A model generated the notes under the pieces. It was not told the origin of the DNA and made no database searches. It saw only the letters and a list, made by a program, of their open reading frames with translations. This document shows, piece after piece, positions 28,414-39,225 of a stretch of 64,000 bases of DNA. Position 1 is the stretch's first letter. The number at the start of each line of letters is the position of its first letter. Both the position numbers and the translations under genes were made by a program. This stretch comes from a bacterium. GTDB taxonomy: Bacteria > UBA8248. The stretch is taken from positions 416,001-480,000 of the forward strand of contig OZ244799.1 of the NCBI GenBank assembly GCA_965219955.1, written 5' to 3'.

Positions 28414-29073
28414 CTAGGCGTCGTCCCCTCGCGGCCATACAGCGAGCGCCAGCCGCCAGCCGCAGAACGCGCCCATGAACTGGGCGATGATGAAGGCGAT
28501 CGCGTCGAACGGCTGGATGCCCGAGAACGTGTTGGTATAGACCCGTGCGATGGTGACCGCCGGGTTGGCGAAGCTGGTCGAGGCCGTGAACCAGAGGGCC
28601 GACATGATGTAGAGCCCCACCATCGCCGGGATGAGGGCCGCGTTCGTGCGCAGCCCGCCCAGGATGACGAAGATCAGCCCCGCCGTCGCGATTACCTCCG
28701 CCGACCACTGGCCGATGCCCGCCCGCTGCTTCACCGAGACCTGGGCGATGTCCAGGTCGAACATCAAGTGCGCGGCGAGCACGCCCAGGATGCCCGCGAG
28801 GATTTGCGTGGCGACGTAGGGTGCGGCCTCGCGCTGTTCCATATCCCCGTTCAAGGCGAAGACCATGGTGACCGCGGGGTTGAAGTGCGCGCCCGAGACC
28901 GGTCCGAGCAGGGTGATCATGACGAAAAGGATCGCGCCGATCGCCAGTGAATGCGGCAGGAGCGCTGCGCCCGCCTGCCCGTTCGCCAGGGCTTCGCCCA
29001 TGATGCCCGAGCCCGCGATGGCGGCGAGCAGAAACGCGGTTCCGACTGCTTCGGCAAGGAGTTTGCGGCCCAT
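28414..29073 (-). CDS. MIP-family aquaglyceroporin (arsenite channel, AqpS-like)
   Basis: SGAHFNPAVT and SFANPAVT; 12 bp downstream of arsC. Confidence 0.88.
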   Translation of the reverse strand: MGRKLLAEAVGTAFLLAAIAGSGIMGEALANGQAGAALLPHSLAIGAILFVMITLLGPVSGAHFNPAVTMVFALNGDMEQREAAPYVATQILAGILGVLAAHLMFDLDIAQVSVKQRAGIGQWSAEVIATAGLIFVILGGLRTNAALIPAMVGLYIMSALWFTASTSFANPAVTIARVYTNTFSGIQPFDAIAFIIAQFMGAFCGWRLALAVWPRGDDA

Positions 29074-29085
29074 CGGTTCACCTCC

Positions 29086-29562
29086 TCATATACGGCTGAT
29101 GGCGTCCAGGCGCGCTTTGAGGTCTGCGCGGTCCATGTCTTCGAAGGGCAGAGCCAGAAAGGCGTTTATCCGCGTGCTCAGGCGGTGGTAAGCGACCCGG
29201 AACGCCCGGTCTATTTCATCCTCGGGCGCAGCGGCGGGGTCGTCCACCCCCCAGTGGGTGCTCAGCGGCGCGCCGGGCCAGACGGGGCACGTCTCGCCCG
29301 CCGCCGAATCGCAGACGGTGATGACCAGGTCCATCTTCGGCGCGCCTGCGGCGGCGAACTCATCCCAGCTCTTGGAGCGGTAGCCCGCCGTCGGCAGGCC
29401 CAGGCGCTCGAGCAGGCGAACCGCGCCCGGATTCACCCGCCCGGCGGGATTCGAGCCCGCCGAATAGGCTTGCACCCTCCCCGCGCCGTCCCGGTTGAGT
29501 ACCGCTTCGGCGAGTATCGAGCGCGCCGAGTTGCCCGTGCAAAGAACGAGAATGTTGCGCAT
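29086..29562 (-). CDS. arsC: Arsenate reductase, LMW-PTP type
   Basis: LCTGNSARS, SKSWDEF, TVCD...CPVWPG and HWG..DPA. Confidence 0.92.
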   Translation of the reverse strand: MRNILVLCTGNSARSILAEAVLNRDGAGRVQAYSAGSNPAGRVNPGAVRLLERLGLPTAGYRSKSWDEFAAAGAPKMDLVITVCDSAAGETCPVWPGAPLSTHWGVDDPAAAPEDEIDRAFRVAYHRLSTRINAFLALPFEDMDRADLKARLDAISRI

Positions 29563-29766
29563 GGATTCTCCCCCGTATCGTCACTCGAAGTTGGGCGCTT
29601 CCGTCACAAGAAAAAATTCTCAGGTTCGGGGTTCGCTTCCCTCCGGATTTCGGGGTGTCGTTTTGACTGCCGGAATTCTATCCGGGGGTGAAACCTCCAC
29701 CGCGCCGCCCGGAATTCATGCAGCCCGATTCGGCTGCGAGATCGACTCAAGCGGCTCGCCCTCGCG

Positions 29767-30366
29767 CTATGACTTGTTCAACTCCACGTCGATGGTGATG
29801 CGCACCTCGTCGCCCACGACGAGCCCGCCCGCTTCGAGCAGACGGTTGTACTTCACCCCGAATTCCTTGCGGTTGATCCGGGTGGTGGCGCTCGCCCCCA
29901 TCTTGACGGTCCCGCGCCCCGTCGTGACCTCCCCGCTGATGTCGGCCACCTTGAGAACGACTTCTTTCGTGACGCCGCGGATGGTCAGGTCGCCGACGAG
30001 TTCGAGGCCGTCCGCGCCCGCGTTCTTCACGGATTTCGACTTGAACGTGATGGAGGGGTGCTTCTCGACGAGCAGGAAGTCGTCGTTCCTCAGGTGGTTG
30101 TCGCGCCGCGCGTTGCGCGTGTTGATCGAGGCGGCGTCGATGACGATGTCCGCGGTCGCCGCGCCGGGGTTCTTCCGGTCGTAGCGGACCTTCCCCGACA
30201 CCCTCTGGAACTCCCCCTGCACCCAGGTGACGCCCAGGTGGCGCACCTTGAAGGAGACCGTCGTGTGGGTGGGGTCGATCCGCCACTCGGCCGCGTGGGC
30301 GAGGGCGGGAATCGTCAGAAATGCCGCCGCGATCAGCGACGCTCCATACTTCGCGAATCGGTTCAT
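29767..30366 (-). CDS. YceI-family lipid/polyisoprenoid-binding protein
   Basis: Signal peptide; IDPTHT.V.F.VRHL, RDNHLR and GDLTIRGVTK. Confidence 0.92.
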   Translation of the reverse strand: MNRFAKYGASLIAAAFLTIPALAHAAEWRIDPTHTTVSFKVRHLGVTWVQGEFQRVSGKVRYDRKNPGAATADIVIDAASINTRNARRDNHLRNDDFLLVEKHPSITFKSKSVKNAGADGLELVGDLTIRGVTKEVVLKVADISGEVTTGRGTVKMGASATTRINRKEFGVKYNRLLEAGGLVVGDEVRITIDVELNKS

Positions 30367-30551
30367 GGGTAATTCCTCTATATGAATGAATATCGGCGGC
30401 AAAAACGCGCCCGATTTTAGGCGCGATGGCGCAAATGCGCAATGACGGGGATGTGTCCCGTTTTCATATGGCGTCAATCCGGATTGGCATCCGGGGAGGG
30501 TGTTGAGAAGGTCTTCCCCGGGGACAAAGGCAACCCCCCTACCCCCTTGTC

Positions 30552-30853
30552 GGGGTTGTTGAAAAACCTGGTACTCCGGATTTGTCGTATGTAACCGACC
30601 GACGAGAGAGAAAAATCACTCCCCCCTTGAGGGTCTGGCTTCCCGAGGGGAAAGCCAGACGAGGAAGCCGAGCGTTTTGTGCGAAGGCTGACTCGGTGGG
30701 GGGTAAAATGCGTTTTATCGCTATCCGAATTACTCCCCCCACCGAATTGCTTGCGGGCTTACGCCCTCAGCTCTTCGTCTGGCTTTCCCCTCGGGAAGCC
30801 AGACCCTCAAGGGGGGAGTGAATTCCTTTCTCATACGAACTTTTTCAACCCCC
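30552..30853. mobile_element. MITE-like composite containing a family B element; abuts a family C half-repeat
   Basis: About 270 bp shared with 45822-46128, including the left terminus. The left flank is AAGGCAACCCCCCTACCCCCTTGTC. Confidence 0.75.
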
Positions 30854-30908
30854 AGGGCAGGTTTGTCCGGCGCATGACTTCCCGGCGACCGGCCCCGGCG
30901 GTGTTCCG

Positions 30909-31280
30909 CTACGCGTCCCCATACCGTTGCGGGGATTCCTCCTCCGCCTTTCGCCCCTCCAGGTATTTGCCGTACGCATCGTGCGTCGTCTCGTCGCAGA
31001 GGTCGGGGCCGCGCTTGTAGGCCGCCCTCGATATCAGGTGTGCGGCGACGGGAGCGGTCAGGAAGAGGAAGAAAATGGCCAGAAGCGCCTGCGTCGTGAC
31101 GGTGGTGCTCTGAAAGATGAGGCTGGCGCCCAGGAGGATGCCGCCCATGCCGAAGGTCGTCGCCTTGGTGGCCGCGTGCATGCGGCAGTAGACGTCTGGC
31201 AGGCGGATGAGGCCGATGCTGGCGACCAGCATGAAGAACGAGCCCCCCAGCAGCAGGATGGCGGCGAGTGCGTCACTCAA
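30909..31280 (-). CDS. mrpG: Mrp Na+/H+ antiporter subunit G
   Basis: RLPDVYCRMHAATK and LTAPVAAH; TTG start. Confidence 0.92.
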   Translation of the reverse strand: MSDALAAILLLGGSFFMLVASIGLIRLPDVYCRMHAATKATTFGMGGILLGASLIFQSTTVTTQALLAIFFLFLTAPVAAHLISRAAYKRGPDLCDETTHDAYGKYLEGRKAEEESPQRYGDA

Positions 31281-31542
31281 TGATCTTCCCCCTCTCGAGG
31301 AACTTCGCATACACCGTCGTGCCCACGAAGCTTAAGATCGCCAGGGCGAGCACGGCGATGATGAACAGCTTGTTGTGCGTCTGGATGGCGAACAGCGCGA
31401 TGACGCCGAGCACGTTCGTGGCGAGGGTGTCCGCCGCCACCACGCGGTCCGACGTCGTGGGCCCCTTCGCGAGGCGGATGAACGCGAGGAGCACCGAGGC
31501 GCCCATCATGACGAGGCTTATCTGAACGGCGAGCTCTATCAT
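31273..31542 (-). CDS. mrpF: Mrp antiporter subunit F
   Basis: GPT..DRVVA.D and SFVGT...AKF. Confidence 0.92.
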   Translation of the reverse strand: MIELAVQISLVMMGASVLLAFIRLAKGPTTSDRVVAADTLATNVLGVIALFAIQTHNKLFIIAVLALAILSFVGTTVYAKFLERGKIIE

Positions 31543-32012
31543 TCCACGGCTCCCACGATGGGTTCTTCCAGCCCCTCCCGGATGCCCTCGGCCACCTCGT
31601 CGGGGTGGTCGATGTCCAGCGTGTGGACGAAGATCGTCTCGTCGTCGTCCGACACGTCGATGCTCAGCGTGCCGGGCGTGAGCGTGATGGAATTCGCCAG
31701 CATCGTCACGCCCAGCGGCGTCTTGCAGACCGTCTTGTAGGGGATGATGCCCGGGCGGATCGACAGCCTGGGGGCGAGGACGATCTTCAGCACCTGGACG
31801 TTCGCGACCAGCAGCTCCCAGGTGAAGCTCCTCAAGTACCTGAAATAGCTGCCGATGCGGAAGAACGCCCTGTCCTGGTAGTAGGATTTCTTCAAGAACC
31901 GGATGATGAGGAGCGCCATGATCAGCCCGACGAAGAAGTGCCCCGGCGTCGCGCTGCCGTGCAGGAATATCCAGATGGTGGCGATGGTGAATGCGAGCGT
32001 GGCGAGCGGCAT
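31539..32012 (-). CDS. mrpE: Mrp antiporter subunit E
   Basis: ANSITLTPGT and VH.LD. Confidence 0.92.
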   Translation of the reverse strand: MPLATLAFTIATIWIFLHGSATPGHFFVGLIMALLIIRFLKKSYYQDRAFFRIGSYFRYLRSFTWELLVANVQVLKIVLAPRLSIRPGIIPYKTVCKTPLGVTMLANSITLTPGTLSIDVSDDDETIFVHTLDIDHPDEVAEGIREGLEEPIVGAVE

Positions 32013-32022
32013 CAGGCGTCTC

Positions 32023-33498
32023 CTATCCCAAATCCCGCATGGCGGCGATGTAGAGTTCAGGGTTCGTGATCTGGGCGGCCACGAGCTGCGCCCACTCGAA
32101 GAGCCAGTAGGCGCCGAGGCCGAAGACGACCGCGAAGGCCGAGAGGAAGGCGACCGAGCCGTAGATGCCTGCGCCCGCCACGCCGACCTCGCCGCCGCCC
32201 GTCCCCCAGGCGTAGCGCTGGTACGTCGTGAAATTATAATAAAGCGATATGACGCCGAATCCCAGGGCGATCCCCGTCGCGAGCACGGCACCCTGGGAGA
32301 ATCCCGCCTGGAGCACGAAGAGCTTGGCGAAAAAGCCCGTGAACGGCGGAAAGCCCGCCAGTGAGAGGAACCCCACCAGCATGAGCAGGCTCGCGAAGGG
32401 CGCCTTGCCCATCATGCCGCCCATTTCTTCGAGATCGACCGTGCCGGTGAGCTTCTGGTTCAGCCCCGCGCCGAGCAGCATCGCGCTCTTGAGATAGGCG
32501 TGGCCGACGATGTAGAAGACCGCCGCCGCGAGGCCGGCTTGGGATAACAGGGCGACGCCGAAGGCGATGTAGCCCAGCTGGTTGATGGTGCTGTAGGCCA
32601 GGATGCGCTTGATGCTCGTCTGGGGCAGTGTGCCGAGCGCGCCCATGGCGATGGTCAGGAGGCACAGGAGGATCAGCCCGGGCTGCAGTATCAGGAACGC
32701 CGCCGGGAAGATGAGCGTGGCGCAGCGGATGATCGAGTAGATGCCCACCTTGACGAGCACGCCCGCGAGGATCGCGCTGATGGGGGTGGGCGATATCGAG
32801 TGCGCGGAGGGCAGCCACAGGTGCATCGGGAATATCGCCGCCTTCACGCTGAAGACGAAGACGAAGACGAGGGCCGTCACCACCATCAGGGGCGTGGGTC
32901 CCAGGAGCTTTATCTTTACGGCGAGGTCGGCCATGTTCACCGTGCCCACCTGGGCGTAGAGCAGCGAGACGCCGAGCAGGAAGAACGCCGACGCGATCAG
33001 GTTCAGGCAGGTGTACTTGAAGGCCATCTCGAGCTGGTCGAGGTTGTAGTAGAAGCCCAGCAGCGCGTAGGTGGACATCAGCATGACTTCGAAGAACACG
33101 AACAGGTTGAACAGGTCGCCCGTGATGAAGCAGCCCTGCATCCCCATCAGGAGGAAGTGGAGCAGGGGGTGAAAGGCCTCTTTCCGCTGCTCGTCCGTGA
33201 GATAGCTCCTCGCGAAGACGGCGCACGCCCCCACGATGGAGGAGGAGAGGCAGAGCAGCGTGGCGGCGAGCCTGTCCGCCGCCAGGACGATGGCGTAGGG
33301 GAAAGGCCACAGGCCCATCCGGTGGACGAAGATCGTCCCGTCCGCCGTCGCATGCAGGAGCACGCCTGCGAAGATCAGGTTCGCCAGCAGCGCGAGCAGG
33401 CTCACCGACTCCTGCAGCGCGCGGTTCTTTCTGACGAGGAACAGGAACGTGCCCACCGCCAGCGGCAAGACGACGAACATGGGGAAGAAGGCGTTCAT
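32023..33498 (-). CDS. mrpD: Mrp antiporter subunit D
   Basis: TGDLFNLFVFFEVM, KAAIFP.HLWLP, KVG.Y and LAG.PP..GF..K. Confidence 0.94.
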   Translation of the reverse strand: MNAFFPMFVVLPLAVGTFLFLVRKNRALQESVSLLALLANLIFAGVLLHATADGTIFVHRMGLWPFPYAIVLAADRLAATLLCLSSSIVGACAVFARSYLTDEQRKEAFHPLLHFLLMGMQGCFITGDLFNLFVFFEVMLMSTYALLGFYYNLDQLEMAFKYTCLNLIASAFFLLGVSLLYAQVGTVNMADLAVKIKLLGPTPLMVVTALVFVFVFSVKAAIFPMHLWLPSAHSISPTPISAILAGVLVKVGIYSIIRCATLIFPAAFLILQPGLILLCLLTIAMGALGTLPQTSIKRILAYSTINQLGYIAFGVALLSQAGLAAAVFYIVGHAYLKSAMLLGAGLNQKLTGTVDLEEMGGMMGKAPFASLLMLVGFLSLAGFPPFTGFFAKLFVLQAGFSQGAVLATGIALGFGVISLYYNFTTYQRYAWGTGGGEVGVAGAGIYGSVAFLSAFAVVFGLGAYWLFEWAQLVAAQITNPELYIAAMRDLG

Positions 33499-33845
33499 CC
33501 CTTGAGCCTCCTGATCTCGTCGATGTCGTCGGTGCCGAACTTGCGGTAGGTGAAGAACGCGAGCACGAGCAGAAACGCCGTTACGGCCAGGCTGATGACG
33601 ATGGCGGTCAGCACCATGGCCTGGGGCAGGGGGTCCACGTAGGCGAACGGGTCCAGCGGCCCGCCCGTCTTGGGGACGATGGGCGCCTTTCCGTCCCCCA
33701 CCCAGCCGGAGGCGACGATCATCAGGTTCGCGGCGTGGCTCAGCACCGCCATGCCGAGCACGACCTGAATGATCCTGCGCTGCATGATGAGGTAGGAAGC
33801 CACCGTCACCAGCACGCCGATGATCATCGCCAGTATCCAGACCAC
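33495..33845 (-). CDS. mrpC: Mrp antiporter subunit C
   Basis: SHAANL and DPLPQAMVLTAIVI. Confidence 0.94.
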   Translation of the reverse strand: MVWILAMIIGVLVTVASYLIMQRRIIQVVLGMAVLSHAANLMIVASGWVGDGKAPIVPKTGGPLDPFAYVDPLPQAMVLTAIVISLAVTAFLLVLAFFTYRKFGTDDIDEIRRLKG

Positions 33846-33997
33846 GTTATTGTCTCCTGCGCGCTTTTACGTCGGGAACCATATATTCGAGTTGACGACT
33901 TCCTGTTAAGTTCATGATTCCCTTTCCAAAACGACTCCCCAAGATTGGGTTGTTTTCACTCCCCCCTTGAGGGTTTTTGCTACCCCAAGTAGAGAGG

Positions 33998-34169
33998 AAA
34001 TTCACTCCCCCCTTGAGGGGGAGTCGATGAGCTAAGGGCGTAAGCCCGCAAGCGAATCGGTGGGGGGTATAATTCGGAATGGCAAGAAAACGCATTTTAC
34101 CCCCCACCGAGTCAGCCTTCGCACAAAACGCTCGGCTTCCTCGACTCCCCCTCAAGGGGGGAGTGATTT
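33998..34169. repeat. Family B element (reverse orientation) inside the mrpB-mrpC spacer
   Basis: Closely matches 40070-40234, including the flank CCAAGTAGAGAGGAAA. Confidence 0.88.
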
Positions 34170-34234
34170 CAGCACTCCCTTTTCGAATCCAGACCACGTT
34201 AATACCTCCTACTGCTATCCAGCTTCCTGGTTTT

Positions 34235-34463
34235 CCTCATCCTGAGTAGCCGCCGAAGGCGGCGTATCGAAGGATGCCCACTTGCCCGCCGGGAGACGTC
34301 CCCATCCTTCGATACGGCGCATGCGCGCCTACTCAGGATGAGGTGTTGTTGCCGCCTGCGCGGTTTGTAGGTCGGTTTGTAGGTCGGACATATATGTCCG
34401 ACTTATATGCGACCCTGCTTTTTTTCGCCTCTCAGTCATGGGCAGCATATATGCGGCCCCTAC
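34235..34463. repeat. Family D inverted pair followed by a GTAG REP pair
   Basis: CCTCATCCTGAGTAG...CTACTCAGGATGAGG, then GTAGGTCGGACATATATGTCCGAC...GCGGCCCCTAC. Confidence 0.8.
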
Positions 34464-34537
34464 AAAAGATCATGTCCCCTCCGGCGCGGTTGCGGGCTTC
34501 TCCCTTACCATGCCGCCCGCTCCGCAGCCTTTATTCT

Positions 34538-34950
<413 letters not shown>

Positions 34951-34963
<13 letters not shown>

Positions 34964-37296
34964 TTCGTCTCTCCCACGAGCCGCAAGAGGGCGTAGACGG
35001 CGATGCCCGCGATGACGAGCACGGTGATCTCGCCCAGCGTGTCATACCCCCGGTAATCGACGATGATGGCGTTCACCACGTTCTTGAAGCCCGCCACCGG
35101 CTTGCTCGTGCGCATGAAGTAATCGGCGATCGTGCGGAACTGGTGCGTGTTCATGGCGGCGGCCATGACGAGCGTCGTGCAGACGCCGAGCCCTATCGCG
35201 ATGCCCCAGTCGCGCAGCTTCTTCGCCGCCGAGACCCGCACGGGCTTGAGTTCGGGCAGGTAGTAGAACACCAGCAGGAAGAGCACGACGGAGGCCGATT
35301 CGACCATGATCTGGGTGAGCGCCAGATCGGGCGCCTTCAGGAGCAGGAACAGCCCCGCGATGCCGTAGCCCATCGTGCCGAGGGCGAGGATGGCCGGGAT
35401 TCTCCGCTTGAACAGCGCGGTGGCGAGGGCCGCGCCCATGATCATGAGCGCGATGACGACGAGCAGGAACGACGCGCCCGCGAAGCCTTTGGGAAAGACG
35501 TTCGCGCCCCAGTCCAACCGCCAGGCGAGGTAGAGTACGGCGGCGGTGGGCAGGACGAACATCCAGCGCATGTATCTTCTCAGGTTCCCGTCCTGGATGA
35601 GCATGAGGATCTCCCAGGTGCCCTCGCGCAGCCAGTTCACGAAGCCGTCATAGATTCTGTCGGGCGCGGGGGCCTTGCCCCAGGCGGTGGCGACGGCGTC
35701 GAGCACTTTCTTGACATGCGCGAAGCCGAAATAAAGCGCCAGGCCCAGCGCCATCGTGATGACCGACATGATGAGCGGGGTGTTTATTCCGTGCCAGAGG
35801 CCGAGGTGAAGCTCCACCTTCGCCCCGCCGCCCAGCGTGGCTTGTGCCGCGGGCGCGACGATGGCGTTCTCGATCAGGCCCGGCGCGAGACCGAACGCGA
35901 GCGCGAGAAGAACGAGTATCGCGGGCGCGGCCAGCATACCCATCGGCGGGTCGTGGGGATGCTTGGGCGCATCGCCTTCCGCCGCCTGCCAGTAGGGCTC
36001 GCTTAAGAATCTCAGGTGATAGAGCGCCGTGAACACGCCTGCGAATACGGTGATATACGGCCAGAACCAGCTCCAGGATCCGGGGCCGCCGGGGTGGAGG
36101 CTCACCTCGTAGAGCATCTCCTTGGTGATGAATCCCCCCATGGGCGGTATGCCGATGAGGCTCAGCGCCGCTATGACGGCGAGTACGTGCGTCCTGGGCA
36201 TGAGTTTCTTCAGGTTGCCGAGCAGCCTCACGTCGCGCGTGCCCGCCTCGTGGTCGATGATGCCCACCGTCATGAACATCGCCGCCTTGGCCGCCGCGTG
36301 GTTGTAGAGGTGGAGCGTCGCGCCGATGATCGCCCCCTTGCCGCCGTAGCCCAGGAAGGTGACGATGAGGCCCAACTGGCTGATGGTGCCATACGCCAGT
36401 ATTGCTTTTAAGTCATAAGCCCTGAGCGATAACAAACCCCCCGCTATCATCGTCGTCATGCCGAAGCCCGTGACCACGTAGCCCCAGGCGGGGTGCGCGC
36501 CCAGGATGGGGTAGAAGCGCGAGAGGAGGTAGATGCCCGCCTTCACCATGGTGGCCGAGTGCAGGAACGCGCTGATGGGCGTGGGCGCTTCCATGGCGTT
36601 CGGCAGCCAGATGTGGAAGGGCCACTGCGCGCTCTTGGTGGCCGCGCCCAGGATGATCAAGAGGAATACGCCGAGCGATACCTGGCTGGCAATGTCCGGC
36701 ATGAGAACGAGTTGGGATAGCCGCCACTCGCCGCCTAAATCGCCCAGGAGCAGAAATCCCCCCAGCATGGCGAGGCCGCCGCTGCCCGTGATGAGGATGG
36801 CCTTGGTCGCGCCGTAGTTCGAGGCGTCCCTGTCCGACCAGAAGCCGATGAGGAAGAACGAGGTGATGCTCGTGAGTTCCCAGAAGATGAACAGCGATAT
36901 CAGGTGATCGGAGAACACCACGCCCAGCATCGAGCCCATGAACGCGATGAGAAAGCCGTAGTAGCGGCCGAGCGCCTCGTGTTCGTGCAGGTACCAGTGG
37001 GAGTAGAGGACGATGAGCGCGCCCATGCCCGCCACGAGGAGCCCCCACATGAGGCTCAGGCCGTCCACCATGAACGAGATTTCCACGTTCGCGGCGGGGA
37101 CCCAGGCGATGGCGCGCGTGAAGGTCTGCCGCCCGCCCGCCGCCCATTCGCCGTAGAGGCCGATGAGCGCCCAGATGCTCACGATGGGCGCGACCATGGC
37201 GAACCACGCGGCGTGTTTGCGGAAACGCTCCGCGAACCAGGGGATGATGAGGGCGGCTGCGAACGGGAAGAACACGATGATGAAGGTGTTGTCCAA
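34951..37296 (-). CDS. mrpA: Mrp antiporter subunit A
   Basis: [47 protein letters not shown] and [15 protein letters not shown]. Probable TTG start; the longer ORF extension is repeat-derived. Confidence 0.93.
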
Positions 37297-37415
37297 AACG
37301 AGCGCCCTTCGGGAGTGGTTTTCCGTGAACCGAATACCATGCCTTGCGTTTTGCGCTTCGGTGATAATGGCATAATCTCTTGCATCGGACAACGAAGCGG
37401 CAACCTCCTTCGTTG

Positions 37416-37539
37416 AAAGGCAACCCCCCCTACCCCCCCTTGTCAGGGGGGTATAAAAAGGCGATGCGCCCCCGACGGGCTGAGGGGGTTTTGTTTTTTC
37501 TTGCCCCCCTGACAAGGGGGGGTAGGGGGGGTTGCCTTT
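37416..37539. repeat. Family C inverted doublet (AAAGGCAACCCCCCCTACCCCCCCTTGTCAGGGGG)
   Basis: Long inverted arms; reverse copy at 50662-50792 and half copies near 30527 and 40266. Confidence 0.85.
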
Positions 37540-37564
37540 ATCCCCTGAGCAGGGGAACATTTTC

Positions 37565-37674
37565 AACAACCCCCAAGACACGGAACAACAAGGAGGCTTC
37601 CATCTTGAGCGAGACGACCTACCACCTCTACGCCCTGTGCCAGGGTTCGCGCGCCGGTCGTTATCGACACGGGC
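37565..37674 (+). pseudogene. Diverged, internally deleted duplicate of the leader, RBS and 5' end of the MBL gene at 39226
   Basis: About 90 bp near-identical to 39185-39275, then CCGGTCGTTATCGACACGGGC matching 39373-39393. Confidence 0.85.
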
Positions 37675-37841
37675 AACACCCAAATACGTCCTTTTGAATG
37701 GACCTGCTCCGGCAAACTCCTGGCCATTATGATCAGTCAACTTATTTCAAAGCCGAAACACGAATTGAACATCTCTTGTATTGCTTTTACAATTCCCCTG
37801 GTGCCATCATTTTCTGTGTAAAGCGGAATGGAGGGAGCGAA

Positions 37842-38930
37842 ATGAACAGGATTGTGTTTGCTTTGATCATATTGCTGCTTGTGGCATCACCCGCCAATGG
37901 AGCGGGGTGCAAGGAGGCGGTGGAGAAAGAGACCCAATCCTGGCTGGAGGATTGCCAGGCGAAGTGTGAGAAGAAACTTACCTGTGGCTGTGCGTTGACA
38001 GCTGCATTTCGCAAAAAAGCGGTGTATTGGCCGTCCTGCTTGGCGGCTGTGGCGTCGATGAAGCTTTCCACTGTTGAGAGAACGTGGAAAGGCCATTGGA
38101 TAGGAAAGGGACCGGACACCGAAGCGCCAGCGGCTCGTCGCGGCGACGGAACTCCGGAACCTGACGACGGCCTGTTTAACGATCCGCCTCCTCAAATCTT
38201 GGCGAACTGCGAGATCGGCTACTCTTTCACGACTTCATCAGGCGGGAGGTATTTCTTCTGGCAGAAAGACGCCGGTGAACTCAAGCCATCCGCTTGGGGA
38301 GGGGCTTGTATCAAAGGCAAGAGCACCGCCAGCCTGTATCAGGCCACCGGACGCGGCACGGTCGATTTCGGAATAACCGGTTCCAATTTTACGGGGGATT
38401 TTCGCAACGGAAAGGCATGGAGTGGCCAAGGGGTGTTCTGGAGCAAGCGGGGCTTCAGGTTCGAGGGAGAGCTTCGTAACGGTGAACCGTGGAACGGAAA
38501 GGAAACGTCGCGTTTCGCCCCGGAAGAGAACACGGAGTACCGTAATGGCAAGCCGGTAAAAGCGGTGTCGAAGGATGAACCGTTGAAGCCGTTTGGACCG
38601 AACTGGATCATCGCTGAAAACCAGCCTTGCCAAGTGCACAATCCCAATCCGGTACAGGGCGAGACGGTTACTTGGTCGGGGGAGTGTGCGGCCGGCAAGG
38701 CGTTCGGTAAGGGTCGGTTGGTCTGGCGGTCAAGCGACGTTACACAAACCTACGATGGCGAGTATTTCCGAGGCTATAAGCACGGACGCGGAACTTTCAC
38801 CTGGGAAAACGGCAACCGCTATGAGGGCATGTGGCGCGACGGCAAAGAACACGGGCGCGGAACTGTCACCCTCTCCAACGGCGACCGCTATGATGTAGAG
38901 TTCCGCTACGGCAAGAGGCTCAGAAACTGA
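37842..38930 (+). CDS. Secreted MORN-repeat protein with a Cys-rich N-terminus
   Basis: Signal peptide; YDGEYFRGYKHGRGTFTW.NG.RYEG.W.DGKEHGRG repeats; two W.G.C..GK modules. Confidence 0.8.
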   Translation: MNRIVFALIILLLVASPANGAGCKEAVEKETQSWLEDCQAKCEKKLTCGCALTAAFRKKAVYWPSCLAAVASMKLSTVERTWKGHWIGKGPDTEAPAARRGDGTPEPDDGLFNDPPPQILANCEIGYSFTTSSGGRYFFWQKDAGELKPSAWGGACIKGKSTASLYQATGRGTVDFGITGSNFTGDFRNGKAWSGQGVFWSKRGFRFEGELRNGEPWNGKETSRFAPEENTEYRNGKPVKAVSKDEPLKPFGPNWIIAENQPCQVHNPNPVQGETVTWSGECAAGKAFGKGRLVWRSSDVTQTYDGEYFRGYKHGRGTFTWENGNRYEGMWRDGKEHGRGTVTLSNGDRYDVEFRYGKRLRN

Positions 38931-39225
38931 ACTGTCACCACCGCAAAAAGCGGTCGCTATGTAGTCGAGGCACGTCATGGCTGTATTGAAATACTCGGTT
39001 TCGTAGAAATGGGGATAGGGGCTGCTAGCAGGGCGGCCTGCGGCTTCAGGTAGCGTTACAAGCTACACACCCAGCGATGTATCCACCCATCCGGCTGCCG
39101 AGTCTTGCCGCCGGCCCGGCTCGGCCTCTTCGACTCCCCCTCAAAGAGAGAGTTAACTTTAGCGCTCTCACTGCGGACTTATTTAACAACCCCCCAAGAC
39201 ACGGAACGACAAGGAGGCTTCCATT

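Noticed and set aside
37297-37740. N-terminal extension of MrpA
   Set aside because: Reads through the family C repeat and the MBL remnant; MrpA homology starts at about 37296.
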